Origin: an uncultured virus (IMG/VR IMGVR_UViG_3300020048_000037)
Lineage: Duplodnaviria > Heunggongvirae > Uroviricota > Caudoviricetes
DNA length: 64,000 nt
Strand: one strand, 5' to 3'
Virus record (IMG/VR): IMGVR_UViG_3300020048_000037
The notes beneath the pieces were generated by a model. That model saw only the letters and a program-made list of their open reading frames with translations, was not told where the DNA came from and did not search any database. The translations under genes and the position numbers were made by a program. This document shows positions 1-11,089 of the stretch, in pieces. How positions within the stretch are numbered: position 1 is the stretch's first letter; the number at the start of each line of letters is the position of its first letter.

Positions 1-342
1 AGAATGGACTGGAATATAATTTTAAAAATAAATCAGAACAAGATATAATTGATATCGGAATTAAATATGCCAAAGATAATAATTTACCAAATATAACTTA
101 TTATCAAGATTATTGAAAAATAAATGAATTATTTAAAAAATAATTCATTTTTTTGTTGTATATTTGTAATAAAAATAAAAAAATATTAAAATGTTAAAAA
201 AAGTTAATTATATTACTAGAATTTATATCTTTTTTGTTATAATTTGGTTAGCACTATCATTATTAGTAACAATTATAATATCTATAATTAAAACTTCTTT
301 TAGAAAAATATTTAAAATAATTAAACTAATAATTTTAAAAAA

Positions 343-681
343 ATGACAAAAACTCTTTTATGGTTAGATGATTGTAGAGATCCATTAGAAAATGATTGGT
401 TAGTTTTTAGTCCAATAGGAAGAAATGTTGATGTACATTGGGTAACATCACAAATAGAATTTCAAGATTGGATTATGATTAATGGACTACCTGATGCAGT
501 GTGCTTTGATCATGATTTAGGTACAGGCAATGGAGATGGTTATGAGTGTGCAAAGTGGTTATGTGATTATTGTTATGATAATAATAAGATATTACCAAAA
601 TATGCTATGCAATCAGCAAATTCTGTAGGTAGAGAAAATATTGATTATTATTTAAAAAATTATATTAAACACATGCAATAA
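343..681 (+). CDS. Cyclic-phosphate-processing receiver-like domain protein
   Basis: LWLDD-R, FDHDLG, GYECAKW and SAN-VG motifs typical of this RNA-repair-associated family. Confidence 0.65.
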   Translation: MTKTLLWLDDCRDPLENDWLVFSPIGRNVDVHWVTSQIEFQDWIMINGLPDAVCFDHDLGTGNGDGYECAKWLCDYCYDNNKILPKYAMQSANSVGRENIDYYLKNYIKHMQ

Positions 682-711
682 AAAAGTGGTTAATTTCTTA
701 ACCACTTTTTT
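681..711. terminator. Intrinsic (bidirectional-type) terminator
   Basis: A-tract, AGTGGTTAA/TTAACCACT hairpin, T-tract. Confidence 0.7.
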
Positions 712-791
712 TATTATTAAGTAAAGAACCTTTTCGTATATTTTGATTTTTTAGGTATTGATATTTTTATATATACTTAAAAAAAAGAAAT

Positions 792-1664
792 ATGAGAGTT
801 TTTTGGAGTGAAGAAGAAATAAACACATTAAAATATTATTACATTAATTCTGGATTATCTATCAGCGAATTTTATGATGATTATATAAAAAAATATTCAT
901 ATAGAACAAAAACTGCAATAAAAGTTAAAATTAAAAAACTAAAATTAAGACACACAAAAGAACAAACAAGTAAAATTAAATCTAGATTATATTCTGGTGA
1001 AAATAATGGAATGTTTGGTAAAATTGGTCCAAATAAAGGATTAACTAAAGAAAATTGTGAAAGAATTAAAAATGCTGGAGATAAAATTTCAATAACAAGA
1101 AAATATTTATTTGAAAATAATCTGTTAGAAAAAATGATAGGAGATAAAAATGGAATGACTGGTAACGTTGCTTGGAATAGAGGAGAAACTAAATATACAA
1201 AAAAATCAATAGCTGATGGTGGTAGGAAGTCGTCAAAAACAATGAAGAAGAAATGGCTAAATATGACAAATGAACAGAAAAATAAAAGAATTGGTGATTT
1301 AACATTAGCTGCAAATAAAGCCAGAAAAGATACTAAAATAGAAATGATAGTTAAAGATGTTTTAGAAAAATTAAATATAAATTTCATTAAAAATTATAGA
1401 TATAGTAGATTTGTTTTCGATTTCTATTTAATTGATTATAATTTTGTAATAGAATGTCAAGGTGATTATTGGCATGGAAATAGTGAATATTTTAAAATAA
1501 TGAATGATATACAATTAAAAAATATTGAAAGAGATAAAACAAAAATTAAATATTTAGAAGATAATAATATATATTCATTATTTTTATGGGAAAATGAAAT
1601 TCATAGAAATAAAAATATTTTAGATGAGATAATATTAGAAAAAATAAAAAAAGTTATGATTTAA
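792..1664 (+). CDS. Homing-type endonuclease: NUMOD3-like repeats plus C-terminal DUF559/Vsr-like nuclease
   Basis: GENNGMFGK / AWNRG repeats; FDFY..IECQGDYWHG..LWE nuclease motif. Confidence 0.7.
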   Translation: MRVFWSEEEINTLKYYYINSGLSISEFYDDYIKKYSYRTKTAIKVKIKKLKLRHTKEQTSKIKSRLYSGENNGMFGKIGPNKGLTKENCERIKNAGDKISITRKYLFENNLLEKMIGDKNGMTGNVAWNRGETKYTKKSIADGGRKSSKTMKKKWLNMTNEQKNKRIGDLTLAANKARKDTKIEMIVKDVLEKLNINFIKNYRYSRFVFDFYLIDYNFVIECQGDYWHGNSEYFKIMNDIQLKNIERDKTKIKYLEDNNIYSLFLWENEIHRNKNILDEIILEKIKKVMI

Positions 1665-1679
1665 ATCATAACTTTTTTT
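1646..1679. terminator. Bidirectional terminator between convergent genes
   Basis: AAAAAAGTTATGAT TTAA ATCATAACTTTTTT perfect hairpin. Confidence 0.75.
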
Positions 1680-1683
1680 ATTT

Positions 1684-2409
1684 TTATTTATTTGCTGTTG
1701 TTGGTTTTAGCCAAAATTTATTATTTTTAAAGATATAATCTCTCAATTCTGGAAATTTATTAAGCATTGTGATAGTTTTAAATGTATCAAACTTAAAACA
1801 TTTACTTAATTCATCCATAATTCTTTCATTTGATACTACATACATTTTAGTATCATAATCAAATTCTCTAATTGTTTTTTCAATTGATGGCATCATTATA
1901 AATCCTTTAGTTATACAAAATCTGCAGCATCTACAGATTCTTAGCGGATCCTCTTCAAATGTAATATTACTTGGTTTTGGTGTTTGAAGAATACCTTGTT
2001 TAAGATGCTCTATACCATTAAATAAATCAATAATATTACCATTTTCATCTAATGCCATAGCATTTAATGTAAAATCTCTTCTGATTAAATCATCTTCAAG
2101 AGTACCAAGCTCAAGTATAGGATTTCTTGTACCTTCATAATATCCAATTTCTTTTCTTGCCATTACAAAATCTGCAGTTAATCCTTCATGTTTATGTCCT
2201 TTTGGAAACTTTGCTTTAACTGTATAGAATTTTGGTGTTGAATTATATATGGTAAATCCATTATCACCCAACCATTTTTCCATTTCTTTAAATCCAGACT
2301 CTACTGTTTGCTTAGTGTTATCTAAAACAAAAGTAAAATCAATATCTTTACAATCAACTCCTAAGATACGATCTCTGACCGCTCCGCCTACTTCATATAT
2401 TTTTGGCAT
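1684..2409 (-). CDS. cca: tRNA nucleotidyltransferase (CCA-adding, class II, short form)
   Basis: VGGAVRD..DIDF, EDDLIRRDFTLNAMA, EDPLR, ERI motifs. Confidence 0.9.
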   Translation of the reverse strand: MPKIYEVGGAVRDRILGVDCKDIDFTFVLDNTKQTVESGFKEMEKWLGDNGFTIYNSTPKFYTVKAKFPKGHKHEGLTADFVMARKEIGYYEGTRNPILELGTLEDDLIRRDFTLNAMALDENGNIIDLFNGIEHLKQGILQTPKPSNITFEEDPLRICRCCRFCITKGFIMMPSIEKTIREFDYDTKMYVVSNERIMDELSKCFKFDTFKTITMLNKFPELRDYIFKNNKFWLKPTTANK

Positions 2410-3195
2410 ATTTTTATTTTTTACTTTTTTTTAACCACATAATATATATTGAATAGAAAAATGAACTAAAAAATATTAACATTGCTATTCCTATTACAAC
2501 ACAAAAATTCACAAAATCGTTATATGTACAATCATTATTTAAATATAATTTATGATATATTATAATAATATTAATCATATTTGATATTAGATATACATAT
2601 ATAACTGATGTTAACAAAGTTGTTAAAACTTTAAATTTTTTAGTGTTCATAATTTTTATTTTTTAATATATTCAAATTCTAATTTATCAGAAAAATCATA
2701 TAAATCTTGTGCTAAAGCTATTAACACAAATCCTATTAATATTATATAGGTGAATGTGCCTATTATACCCAAAAATAATGCAATAATTCTTAATAAAAAT
2801 CACAATAGCTCTCATAATTTATTGTTTAAATATATAACCTTCTGGAAATTTTTTTCTACATTCTGACCCTACTCCCATCACCCAAGCATCAGCATATATT
2901 TCTTTATCATCAGCTTTGTACATATCACCACCATAAATGGAGTTTATGAAATATTTTGGATTAGTAATAACTTTACCACAACAAGGACAATGTTCTAAAT
3001 TCAAACTATCAGCTTTATCCACATTTGACAGATACATATCTATATTTTCTATAACAGGAATATTAATTATGTCTTTAGGCTCTTTCATATTAATAATTTT
3101 AATTGCAATACAAAGATACAAAAAAACTTTGAATAATACATACTCAAGGTTATTATTTAATATATTTTAATATTAATTAGAAAAAATTAGATTTA

Positions 3196-4376
3196 TTAAT
3201 ATCTATAGTTATTATATTTATCATTATTGCCAATCACATCACCATTTTCATCATATTCTATTGTATTTAATACTACGAATATTGAAATTCCTATATTTAC
3301 TATCATTATAATAATGAATAACCACATCATTTGATTACCTGTTAAATTGATTTCTATATAATCAAAATCTTTAAATTCTTTCCTTTTCCAATATTGAGGG
3401 ATTGCATTTTGAGCCCAATCACTTAATTCATAAAGATTTACTCTATCTTTTGAGGTATAAAAACTTCTAAAATTAACTTCAAATGATGGTTTATCTGACC
3501 AAGAAAAAGCATCAGTCCATTGTAGTTTTTTTGATACAGAATCAACACCAAAACATAAAATCATCTCATTCTTATTACCTCCTAACCAATAACTTTGTTG
3601 TTCTTTTACAATAGAACGAGATTTATTATAAAAAAACAATAAATATATTCTTATTTGATTTTTAGGTCCATAATAACCATTTATATATTTCCATGTTGAT
3701 AATTCTTTCGGCGTTGGATTGTAACCTAAAAATGGACTTTGATCAATTGTACCATTTGAAAAATAACTACCACCATCGTTATTAGAATATAATACTGGAT
3801 NNNNNNNNNNCTTATTTTAGTGAATCCAAATATAGAATATGAATTATTTATTTTGTTTTCATACGTGTGCTCTGATGTAACAGTCTTTACACTATAAATA
3901 TTATTATCATATGCTTTTTTATACATATCACCATCATTATCATCAAAATCTCTGTTCATATCAACAAATATTTTATCTGTTTTCCAAAGTTTAGTTAATC
4001 TATTATATTCAGTTTCAGATATTTTTGTGGCATCACCTTTTGATGTTATTTGTTCCCAATATGCATCATGATAATCTTTATGTGAGCAATCATATGTAGT
4101 TGTCGTTGTATTACCGTTAGCATCTGTTGATGTGGATGTACAGGTTTCTGTTATCCATTCATCCCAAGCTTCATAATATCTAACTTCTGTAATATAATCA
4201 CCAAAATACTCTGTGTCTGTTGTTCTGCTACTAATCATACCTAAACTAATAAGTAATGTAAGTAACATTGATGGTATAATGAGAATTAAATATTCCCACC
4301 AAACTACTTTTGTTCTAAAAAAAATAAAAAGAATAATTGCAAATAAAATTGGAATTAAATAAATAAGTGATGTCAT
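3196..4376 (-). CDS. Membrane protein, probably one gene split by the N gap (ORFs 3726-4376 and 3196-3639)
   Basis: Two N-terminal TM segments, a C-terminal TM segment, gap at 3801-3810 between the two ORF pieces. Confidence 0.5.
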
Positions 4377-4870
4377 ATGATTATTTTTAATTATTTGTTT
4401 TTTTTGTAATAATCTTTTAGTTCTTGAAAAGATTTCATATCTTTATGAATAACACATCTTTTAAAATGATATAAATCAGACAACGATAATAAATTAAGTT
4501 CTTTGTCAGTAATAAAATCATATGTACCATCATCTTTTAGACTTATGTATTTTTCCACATATTCATCTCCATCCATAAACCAATGATCAATAGATGATGA
4601 ACATATAACACTACCAATATTATATTTTTCTGATGCTTCACCATCAAACATAAATTTACAGTAATCATACCAATCAATCAAAGGATCACCAGTATCAAAT
4701 CGAATTTCTTTCTTATCTCCATATTTAAGTATGATAGCTTTATATGATGATTGTGTTGAATCATCATAATCAATTGTCAAAAATCCTGAATTATCCATAT
4801 TTGTATTTGTTTTTAAATTATAGTACAAAGATACTCATATTAATCTACATCAAAAAAATATTTTTTTAAT

Positions 4871-4905
4871 AAAAAAAGCTGTTTATGTATTATAAACAGC
4901 TTTTT
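4871..4905. terminator. Intrinsic terminator
   Basis: AAAAAGCTGTTTAT..ATAAACAGCTTTTT hairpin. Confidence 0.7.
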
Positions 4906-4917
4906 ATCTATTTATTT

Positions 4918-5466
4918 TTATTCTAATGATATCTCATTGTTATCAACTCGTGTTTTAATTACATCTTTTGTATCTGATGAAGAAATTACAATATATTCAA
5001 ATGGTTTACTATTTTCTTTTGATATGAACCATTTTGCTGGTTTTTTTGATATATAAGTATCATATTCTCTTTTAATATCAATCATCCTTTTTTGTTGATT
5101 AGCAAAATTTGTACGTTGAATTTCAATATTATCCATCAATTTAACATATAATTTATCACTAAAATTAGGATTGGCTTCTTGAATCCATTTCATTAATGTG
5201 CCATCACCTTTTGAATACCGTCCACTAATCATATCAGTGTAGATTTTATCAAAGCTTTTAGCATAACTAGCTGGAACTTTAGCTTGATCCCTAAGAATGG
5301 ACCACATTTCATTGTGAACATTTTCAATGTTGCTGTTTTGAGCATCACATGATTTGTACAATTCAATCGCTTTGTTGTTGTACGTGATATCAGCAACAAA
5401 CCAAGAAATACCTAAAAATAGGACAAGACCTACAACTGTCAAAATAAGAATTTTTGTTAGATTCAT
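4918..5466 (-). CDS. LemA-like membrane-anchored helical protein
   Basis: N-terminal TM followed by YN, helical body, Y..L...IE..R pattern; similarity judged by eye. Confidence 0.4.
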   Translation of the reverse strand: MNLTKILILTVVGLVLFLGISWFVADITYNNKAIELYKSCDAQNSNIENVHNEMWSILRDQAKVPASYAKSFDKIYTDMISGRYSKGDGTLMKWIQEANPNFSDKLYVKLMDNIEIQRTNFANQQKRMIDIKREYDTYISKKPAKWFISKENSKPFEYIVISSSDTKDVIKTRVDNNEISLE

Positions 5467-5521
5467 TTTTTTTAAATTTAAATTGTTTTTAATTATAATT
5501 ATTGTTATTTTAATTGCTTGA

Positions 5522-5552
5522 CAAAATTACTATATTATTTTTATATTTCAAA
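5522..5552 (-). promoter_or_regulatory. Bacteroidota-type sigma promoter
   Basis: TTTG-N19-TAATTTTG on the minus strand upstream of 5466. Confidence 0.65.
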
Positions 5553-6101
5553 ATAATTATTATTCTTTTATGCTTTATTCACATTTATTAATTATATTTA
5601 TCTATATCAGGCTCAGAAATATAATCATATACATGTCCAATATTTTTTAATTTATATTTCCAATTATAGCCATCAAAATATATTTTTTCAATTACAACAT
5701 TTTTTTTATCATATTTGAATGGTATTTCATTATTATATTTTGGATATGTTGTATGTTTATTTGGTTTGATAATTTCAAAATGAGATTTAATAATATCATC
5801 TGATACATCATTTGTTTTATATAACCTATATATTCTTCCTCCTAAAATCTCATAAGGTATTTTACATTTTTTGTAAAGTTCAGTAATATCAAAAGTTTCA
5901 CCAACAAAAACTGTTTTCCATAACCGTTTATTCCAATTACAATTATCAGGTTTATCACTAAAACTATTAAACTTTAAATCAATCATTCCTTCAAAGTCAT
6001 CAGCCCAACTTTTATTTTTTAAAGCATAATCATAAACAATTGCAACTTCTCGAAAATGCTCAGGAAACTGTTCTATAAAATATATCTTATAATCTACAAC
6101 T

Positions 6102-6497
6102 TTAAAATCCATTGTTTTTATCATTTTTTGTATTTTTAATAAATGAGTTTATAACTAATATAATAAAAGTAAGTAAAATTGCTAATTTTAACATATTAAC
6201 ACCAATTAATACTCCTATTGCTGCAGTACACCATATTGTTGCTGATGAAGTTAATCCATATACATTTGTTCCTGATTTGAAAATTATACCAGCACCTAAA
6301 AATCCTATTCCAGTAACAATTTGTGCAATTATACGAGTAGGATCTGCATTAGGAAAACTTATTGAAACCAAACTAAATGCACATGCACCAAGTGAAATTA
6401 AAGCCATTGTTCTAATTCCATTTTGTTTATTGTGATTTTCCCTTTCTAATCCAATTAATCCACCTAAAAATGCTGATAATAATAATTGTAGTTCCAT
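6102..6497 (-). CDS. mgtC: MgtC/SapB family membrane protein
   Basis: GLERE, GIRT, DPTRIIAQIVTGIGFLGAG, GLTSSATIW motifs. Confidence 0.9.
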   Translation of the reverse strand: MELQLLLSAFLGGLIGLERENHNKQNGIRTMALISLGACAFSLVSISFPNADPTRIIAQIVTGIGFLGAGIIFKSGTNVYGLTSSATIWCTAAIGVLIGVNMLKLAILLTFIILVINSFIKNTKNDKNNGF

Positions 6498-6570
6498 AGT
6501 TTTATTTTTTTTAAAATAATATACAAAAGTATAACAATTTATTGAAACACGAAAATCTATTTAGATTTTT

Positions 6571-6580
6571 TAATATATAA
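6571..6580 (+). promoter_or_regulatory. Candidate late promoter (TAATATATAA)
   Basis: Motif recurs just upstream of MK..FE/KFNL arrays. Confidence 0.45.
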
Positions 6581-6587
6581 TAACCTT

Positions 6588-6917
6588 ATGAAACATTTGA
6601 AAACATTTGAAGATAATAATTTTAAATATAACATTGGTGATTATGTTATATGTAAATTTTATAATGATGGTGAAAATCACGAGTTAAATATATTTCTTAA
6701 AAATAATATAGGACAAATAATTGATATTACTAAATATTTAGGATTAGAAATAAATAAATATATTATACAATTTGATAATATACCAAAACATTTGAATTGG
6801 TATAAAATTGCAGTCTATGATTCTTCTATTCAGTTTACAGATAGAGATATTGTTTATTGTACAAAAGATAAATCAGAATTAGAAATGATGATAAATTCAA
6901 AAAAATTCAATTTATGA
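6588..6917 (+). CDS. MK..FE/KFNL family small protein
   Basis: MKHLKTFE...SKKFNL; IGDYVIC/NNIGQIIDI core. Confidence 0.8.
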   Translation: MKHLKTFEDNNFKYNIGDYVICKFYNDGENHELNIFLKNNIGQIIDITKYLGLEINKYIIQFDNIPKHLNWYKIAVYDSSIQFTDRDIVYCTKDKSELEMMINSKKFNL

Positions 6918-7231
6918 AACATTTGAAAACATTTGAAAGAATAAATAAGATGCCAAGTTATTATAAAATACCAACATATCCTTTAGAAGTATATGTTGTT
7001 GCACTAACTAAAGTTGGTATGACTACAGATGAGATATTAAAATGGAAGAATAATTATCAAGCTCAATATTGGAATAATCCAAATTTTAAATTCATATATT
7101 TAAATCACACGTATCATGATTATAGCAAAGAATATCATTGGAGCTGGTCAGATAAAATAAATATAAACAAGGCTGTAATAGAAATAACTGTTGAAGATTA
7201 CGAAATTTATGCAAATAAATTTAACATATGA
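6914..7231 (+). CDS. MK..FE/KFNL family small protein
   Basis: MKHLKTFE...ANKFNI; ATGA overlap. Confidence 0.8.
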   Translation: MKHLKTFERINKMPSYYKIPTYPLEVYVVALTKVGMTTDEILKWKNNYQAQYWNNPNFKFIYLNHTYHDYSKEYHWSWSDKININKAVIEITVEDYEIYANKFNI

Positions 7232-7537
7232 AATATATAAAAACTTTTGAAACAATAAAATACAATGTCGGTGATTTAGTTAAAATAAAAATTATCCCTG
7301 ATTATGTACTTGATATTGAAAGAATACCTGATAATTTATTTGTAAAAATAATTGATATTTCACACCAAGATTTTTCTAATACTATACAAGATTATTATTT
7401 TACATTTGAAACTTTAATAACTAATCAAAAAATATATGGTAATATATATTTTATAAGACAAAAAATGACAAAAAAAGAAATAGATTATTGTAAATTAAAA
7501 AGNNNNNNNNNNCAATACAAATAAATATAACTTATGA
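7228..7537 (+). CDS. MK..FE/KFNL family small protein (spans N gap)
   Basis: MKYIKTFE start; after the gap one frame reads NTNKYNL-TGA overlapping the next ATG. Confidence 0.7.
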
Positions 7538-7869
7538 AACATTTAAAGATATATGAAAAATATTATAAATTAGAAATCGGTGATTATGTTATATGTTGGG
7601 ATTATTATCTTAGAAATAATGATGATTATAAAAATATTAATGATTTTCTTAAAAATAATGTAGGACAAATTATTGACATAACAAATAAATTAACAACTGG
7701 AGTAGAAAATTATGTTGTACAATATGATAATATTCCATATAATTTAAATAAATATACCACATCTTTTTATAAATCATCAATACCAATGACAAGCAAAGAT
7801 ATACTTCAATATTCTAAAGATAAATCAGAATTAGAAATTATGATAAATTCAAATAAATATAACTTATGA
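7534..7869 (+). CDS. MK..FE/KFNL family small protein (close paralogue of 6588)
   Basis: MKHLKIYE...KDKSELEIMINSNKYNL. Confidence 0.8.
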   Translation: MKHLKIYEKYYKLEIGDYVICWDYYLRNNDDYKNINDFLKNNVGQIIDITNKLTTGVENYVVQYDNIPYNLNKYTTSFYKSSIPMTSKDILQYSKDKSELEIMINSNKYNL

Positions 7870-8162
7870 AATATATAAAAACATTTGAAAATAATAACGA
7901 TCCTCACTATGGAGATTATGTAGTAATTAATAGTAAAGATATTGACCCAGAAATTGCAAAAGATAGAAGTGGTAGAATTTATATAATAACTTCTGATATG
8001 ATTCAGAATAAAAATGATAATATATATAATATATCTTATTTAGATATGAAGAATTATTCTATTTATGTTTATCGTTCTGAAATAATATTTTATTCTAAAA
8101 ATTTATCAGAAGTTGAAGAATTTTTTAATTTAAAATATGATACAAATAAATTCAATTTATGA
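7866..8162 (+). CDS. MK..FE/KFNL family small protein
   Basis: MKYIKTFE...TNKFNL. Confidence 0.8.
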   Translation: MKYIKTFENNNDPHYGDYVVINSKDIDPEIAKDRSGRIYIITSDMIQNKNDNIYNISYLDMKNYSIYVYRSEIIFYSKNLSEVEEFFNLKYDTNKFNL

Positions 8163-8455
8163 AACACATTAAATTATTTGAGAATTACACACCACATAAA
8201 TATAATGTAGATGATTATGTAATATTTAGGGAATATGGATTTTATACTATGGAACCATGTAAAATTATAAATACATATAATTCTGAATTTACAGCAGCTT
8301 ATACTGGAGAACCTGATTATGTAAATTACTATATAGTTGATTGTGAAGAAGAATTCGGTAAAGGTATATGTGAACCTGAAATTGTACGAAAAATGACATC
8401 AGGTGAAATTGAAAGTTTTAATTTGATGATGACTACAAAAAAATTTAATTTATAA
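8159..8455 (+). CDS. MK..FE/KFNL family small protein
   Basis: MKHIKLFE...TKKFNL. Confidence 0.8.
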   Translation: MKHIKLFENYTPHKYNVDDYVIFREYGFYTMEPCKIINTYNSEFTAAYTGEPDYVNYYIVDCEEEFGKGICEPEIVRKMTSGEIESFNLMMTTKKFNL

Positions 8456-8713
8456 ATCTCTTAATTTTTTCAATTTTTTCAATCTTTGTTCTTTTTTATA
8501 TTCAAAATGTTCTATTATATCAATATCAGTTAAAAATATGGTATTATACTTTTTTATACCATATTTTTCTAATACTAAAGTATAGTAACCATAGCTATAA
8601 CTCAATATTTTATATCTATCTCCTTTTGTTATTTTACAATGAGTATTAAAATAGTTATCAAAATCACTTAAAGCAACTATTATATCTCCTTTTCCTAAAA
8701 TTAACTTTCTCAT
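8450..8713 (-). CDS. RKxKL-tail family small protein
   Basis: KGDIIV start, ends EQRLKKLKKL; TATCTTTG upstream (8740-8747). Confidence 0.7.
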   Translation of the reverse strand: MRKLILGKGDIIVALSDFDNYFNTHCKITKGDRYKILSYSYGYYTLVLEKYGIKKYNTIFLTDIDIIEHFEYKKEQRLKKLKKLRDL

Positions 8714-8827
8714 ATTTTACCCATATATTATTTGTAAAACAAAGATACAAATAATTTTTTAATTTTAATGTTAAATTATTCTTAAAAAATAAACTTATTG
8801 CTGAAAAATTATACAATAAAATAAACT

Positions 8828-9712
8828 ATGGATAAATTAGAATTAAAAAAAGTTGTACATTCAACTAACGATAACACTATAAAGTATATATTTTATACAG
8901 AAGATAGATTGGTTATAGAATTTTCTTATATTAATAAGAACGATGGTAAAAATATTATTTGTGTACCAGTTTCAACATTTTGCAACATTGGCTGTAAATT
9001 TTGTCATACTACAGAATATATTGGTAAAATTAAAAATAGAAAATTAACTTCAAATGAAATATCTAATGGAGTTGATTATATTTATGGTGATTTAAAATTA
9101 GGTGAAGAACCTAAAACATTATTAATAAGCTATATGGGAATTGGTGATATCGTATTAAATGTTGATGAATCAGTCGATTCTATGTTTGATATAAGACATA
9201 ACTATATGGAAGATATAAATGTGAGATTTGCATTTGCAACATCACTACCAGAGTATGAACATCTTGAATTTTTTAGAATGATAAATTTGATTAAAAAATG
9301 GGATTTAAACGTTAAATTACATTTATCATTACATTATACTACTGATGAATTGAGAGAACAATGGATGCCATTAGCATTAAAAATAGAGCCTTCTATTGCT
9401 GCTGTTGACTTCTATAAAGCCATGACAGGTAATCCAGTTGAATTACATTATACTTTAATAGAAGGTGTCAATGATAGAAGTGAAGATGCTATTCGTTTAT
9501 CTAGTCTTATAAAAGGAAAAGGATTTAATGTTAAGTTCTTGTTTTATAATAAGAAAGATAATATAAATGCAGAACCATCTAATATAGATAAAATTAAAAA
9601 TTTCACTGATTTATTTAATGTTGCTGGAATAAGTTCAGAATATTATATACCTCCTGGACTTAGTATATCCGCTGGTTGCGGAATGATTCAAATAGAAGAA
9701 TATTTAAATTAA
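8828..9712 (+). CDS. RlmN/Cfr-like radical SAM RNA methyltransferase (N-terminally short)
   Basis: ICV..TFCNIGCKFC, YMGIGD (cf. MGMGEP), LSLH, EGVND, C-terminal AGCG (cf. AACGQL). Confidence 0.8.
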   Translation: MDKLELKKVVHSTNDNTIKYIFYTEDRLVIEFSYINKNDGKNIICVPVSTFCNIGCKFCHTTEYIGKIKNRKLTSNEISNGVDYIYGDLKLGEEPKTLLISYMGIGDIVLNVDESVDSMFDIRHNYMEDINVRFAFATSLPEYEHLEFFRMINLIKKWDLNVKLHLSLHYTTDELREQWMPLALKIEPSIAAVDFYKAMTGNPVELHYTLIEGVNDRSEDAIRLSSLIKGKGFNVKFLFYNKKDNINAEPSNIDKIKNFTDLFNVAGISSEYYIPPGLSISAGCGMIQIEEYLN

Positions 9713-9714
9713 TA

Positions 9715-10602
9715 TTATCTACCCCATTCATAAACTACCTTATACCCGTTATTTTCAAAGCATTTAATTCTATCTAATGTTTTTTGATATAACTCAGTAT
9801 AAGGTATTTTAGAATAAGGATGTAAACCTATTAAATCTTTTCTATCAGGATGACCATGCCAAAAACTGCCAAAATATTCATATATAGTTTTTGTAGTTAA
9901 ATCATAGCCATCTACTTTAAATCTTTTACCATCAATAAATAAGATTTTTTCTTTAATAATATTTTCATTATTAAAAGATTTTATAAATTCATCACCAGCT
10001 AATGATGTATTAAATCCACAATTAGGACAGCCACATTTATTTCTCATATGAGAAGTTGCATTTTGTTCAAATACTCCATGTATTTTACATATAATTTTAA
10101 CTTTATCTTTACATGATTTTAATTCTTCAACTAAAGAATAATCATATCTATTATTATGTTGTTTATTACTTTCAATAATAAATTGATACTTTGTTATTTT
10201 TTTAGTTCCTGATATTTCAGATCGTCCGCAAAAAGGACAACCTTGTCCACTTATATGTTTTTGTGGAGTTTGTAAAAAATCACCATGTTTCAAACATGTT
10301 ATAGATATTTTATTTTCTTTATTTATATATTCAATATTATCATATTTATATTTATTGTTGTGTTTTTTATTTGCTTGTTCAATAAATTCATCTTGTGTCA
10401 ACATATTATTACCACACATTTTACATCCTCTATTACCTAGATGAGCACTTGCTGTTATAATAAAATCTCCGTGCTTAGGACATGTTACAATAACCTTTGC
10501 TCTTTGATTTGTATATACAACTTTATCATATGTATAATAATCATTATGAATAAAATTACATTTACGTATAAACCTATCTAACGTTAATTTTGTTGTTGAC
10601 AT
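9715..10602 (-). CDS. Homing-type endonuclease: three C-x2-HG..H..GC-x2-C zinc repeats plus Vsr/DUF559-like nuclease
   Basis: CPKHGDF/CLKHGDF/CKIHGVF repeats; VDGY..IYEYFGSFWHG. Confidence 0.75.
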   Translation of the reverse strand: MSTTKLTLDRFIRKCNFIHNDYYTYDKVVYTNQRAKVIVTCPKHGDFIITASAHLGNRGCKMCGNNMLTQDEFIEQANKKHNNKYKYDNIEYINKENKISITCLKHGDFLQTPQKHISGQGCPFCGRSEISGTKKITKYQFIIESNKQHNNRYDYSLVEELKSCKDKVKIICKIHGVFEQNATSHMRNKCGCPNCGFNTSLAGDEFIKSFNNENIIKEKILFIDGKRFKVDGYDLTTKTIYEYFGSFWHGHPDRKDLIGLHPYSKIPYTELYQKTLDRIKCFENNGYKVVYEWGR

Positions 10603-11051
10603 AAACTTTTTATTTTTATGTATATATAAATATCATTGGTTCCACTTGTGGACAAAAATTAAAAAATATTATGACTGAAGAAGAGAACGAAGATTATAAT
10701 TATGTTAAAAATAAAATGAAGAATGAAGGATTTGATTATTGCTTCAGATGCTATAGTGATTTTAAAGAAGTTAATGATGATAAATTTCATGAACTTAGAA
10801 ATAATTATATAAATAGTGCAAATTTGTTGGAAGATTATATAAATAATAAGTGTGATGAAGAATTTTGAAATTGGAGATAAAGTAATTAAGAATGAGGAAA
10901 CCTGTATTCCTAATGACTTTGATGGTTGGGGTAGAGGAATAGTAGTTGGTGTAGTAGTTGAACCTCCTTTTTATATGAATGATTATGAAGTTGATGTTAG
11001 ATGGGAAGATGGTAGATGCTTTGAATTTACTGAACAACTAATAAATATAAC

Positions 11052-11083
11052 AAAAAAAGCTGAGATTTAATCTCAGCTTTTTT
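11052..11083. terminator. Bidirectional terminator
   Basis: AAAAAAGCTGAGAT TTA ATCTCAGCTTTTT. Confidence 0.75.
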
Positions 11084-11089
11084 ATTTAA

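Noticed and set aside
881..1387. Antisense shadow ORFs (881-1387, 6112-6435, 14180-14446, 42947-43135, 53501-53860, 59727-60047 and similar)
   Set aside because: They lie opposite well-supported genes and have the F/L/I/S-rich composition of reverse-complemented AT-rich coding DNA.
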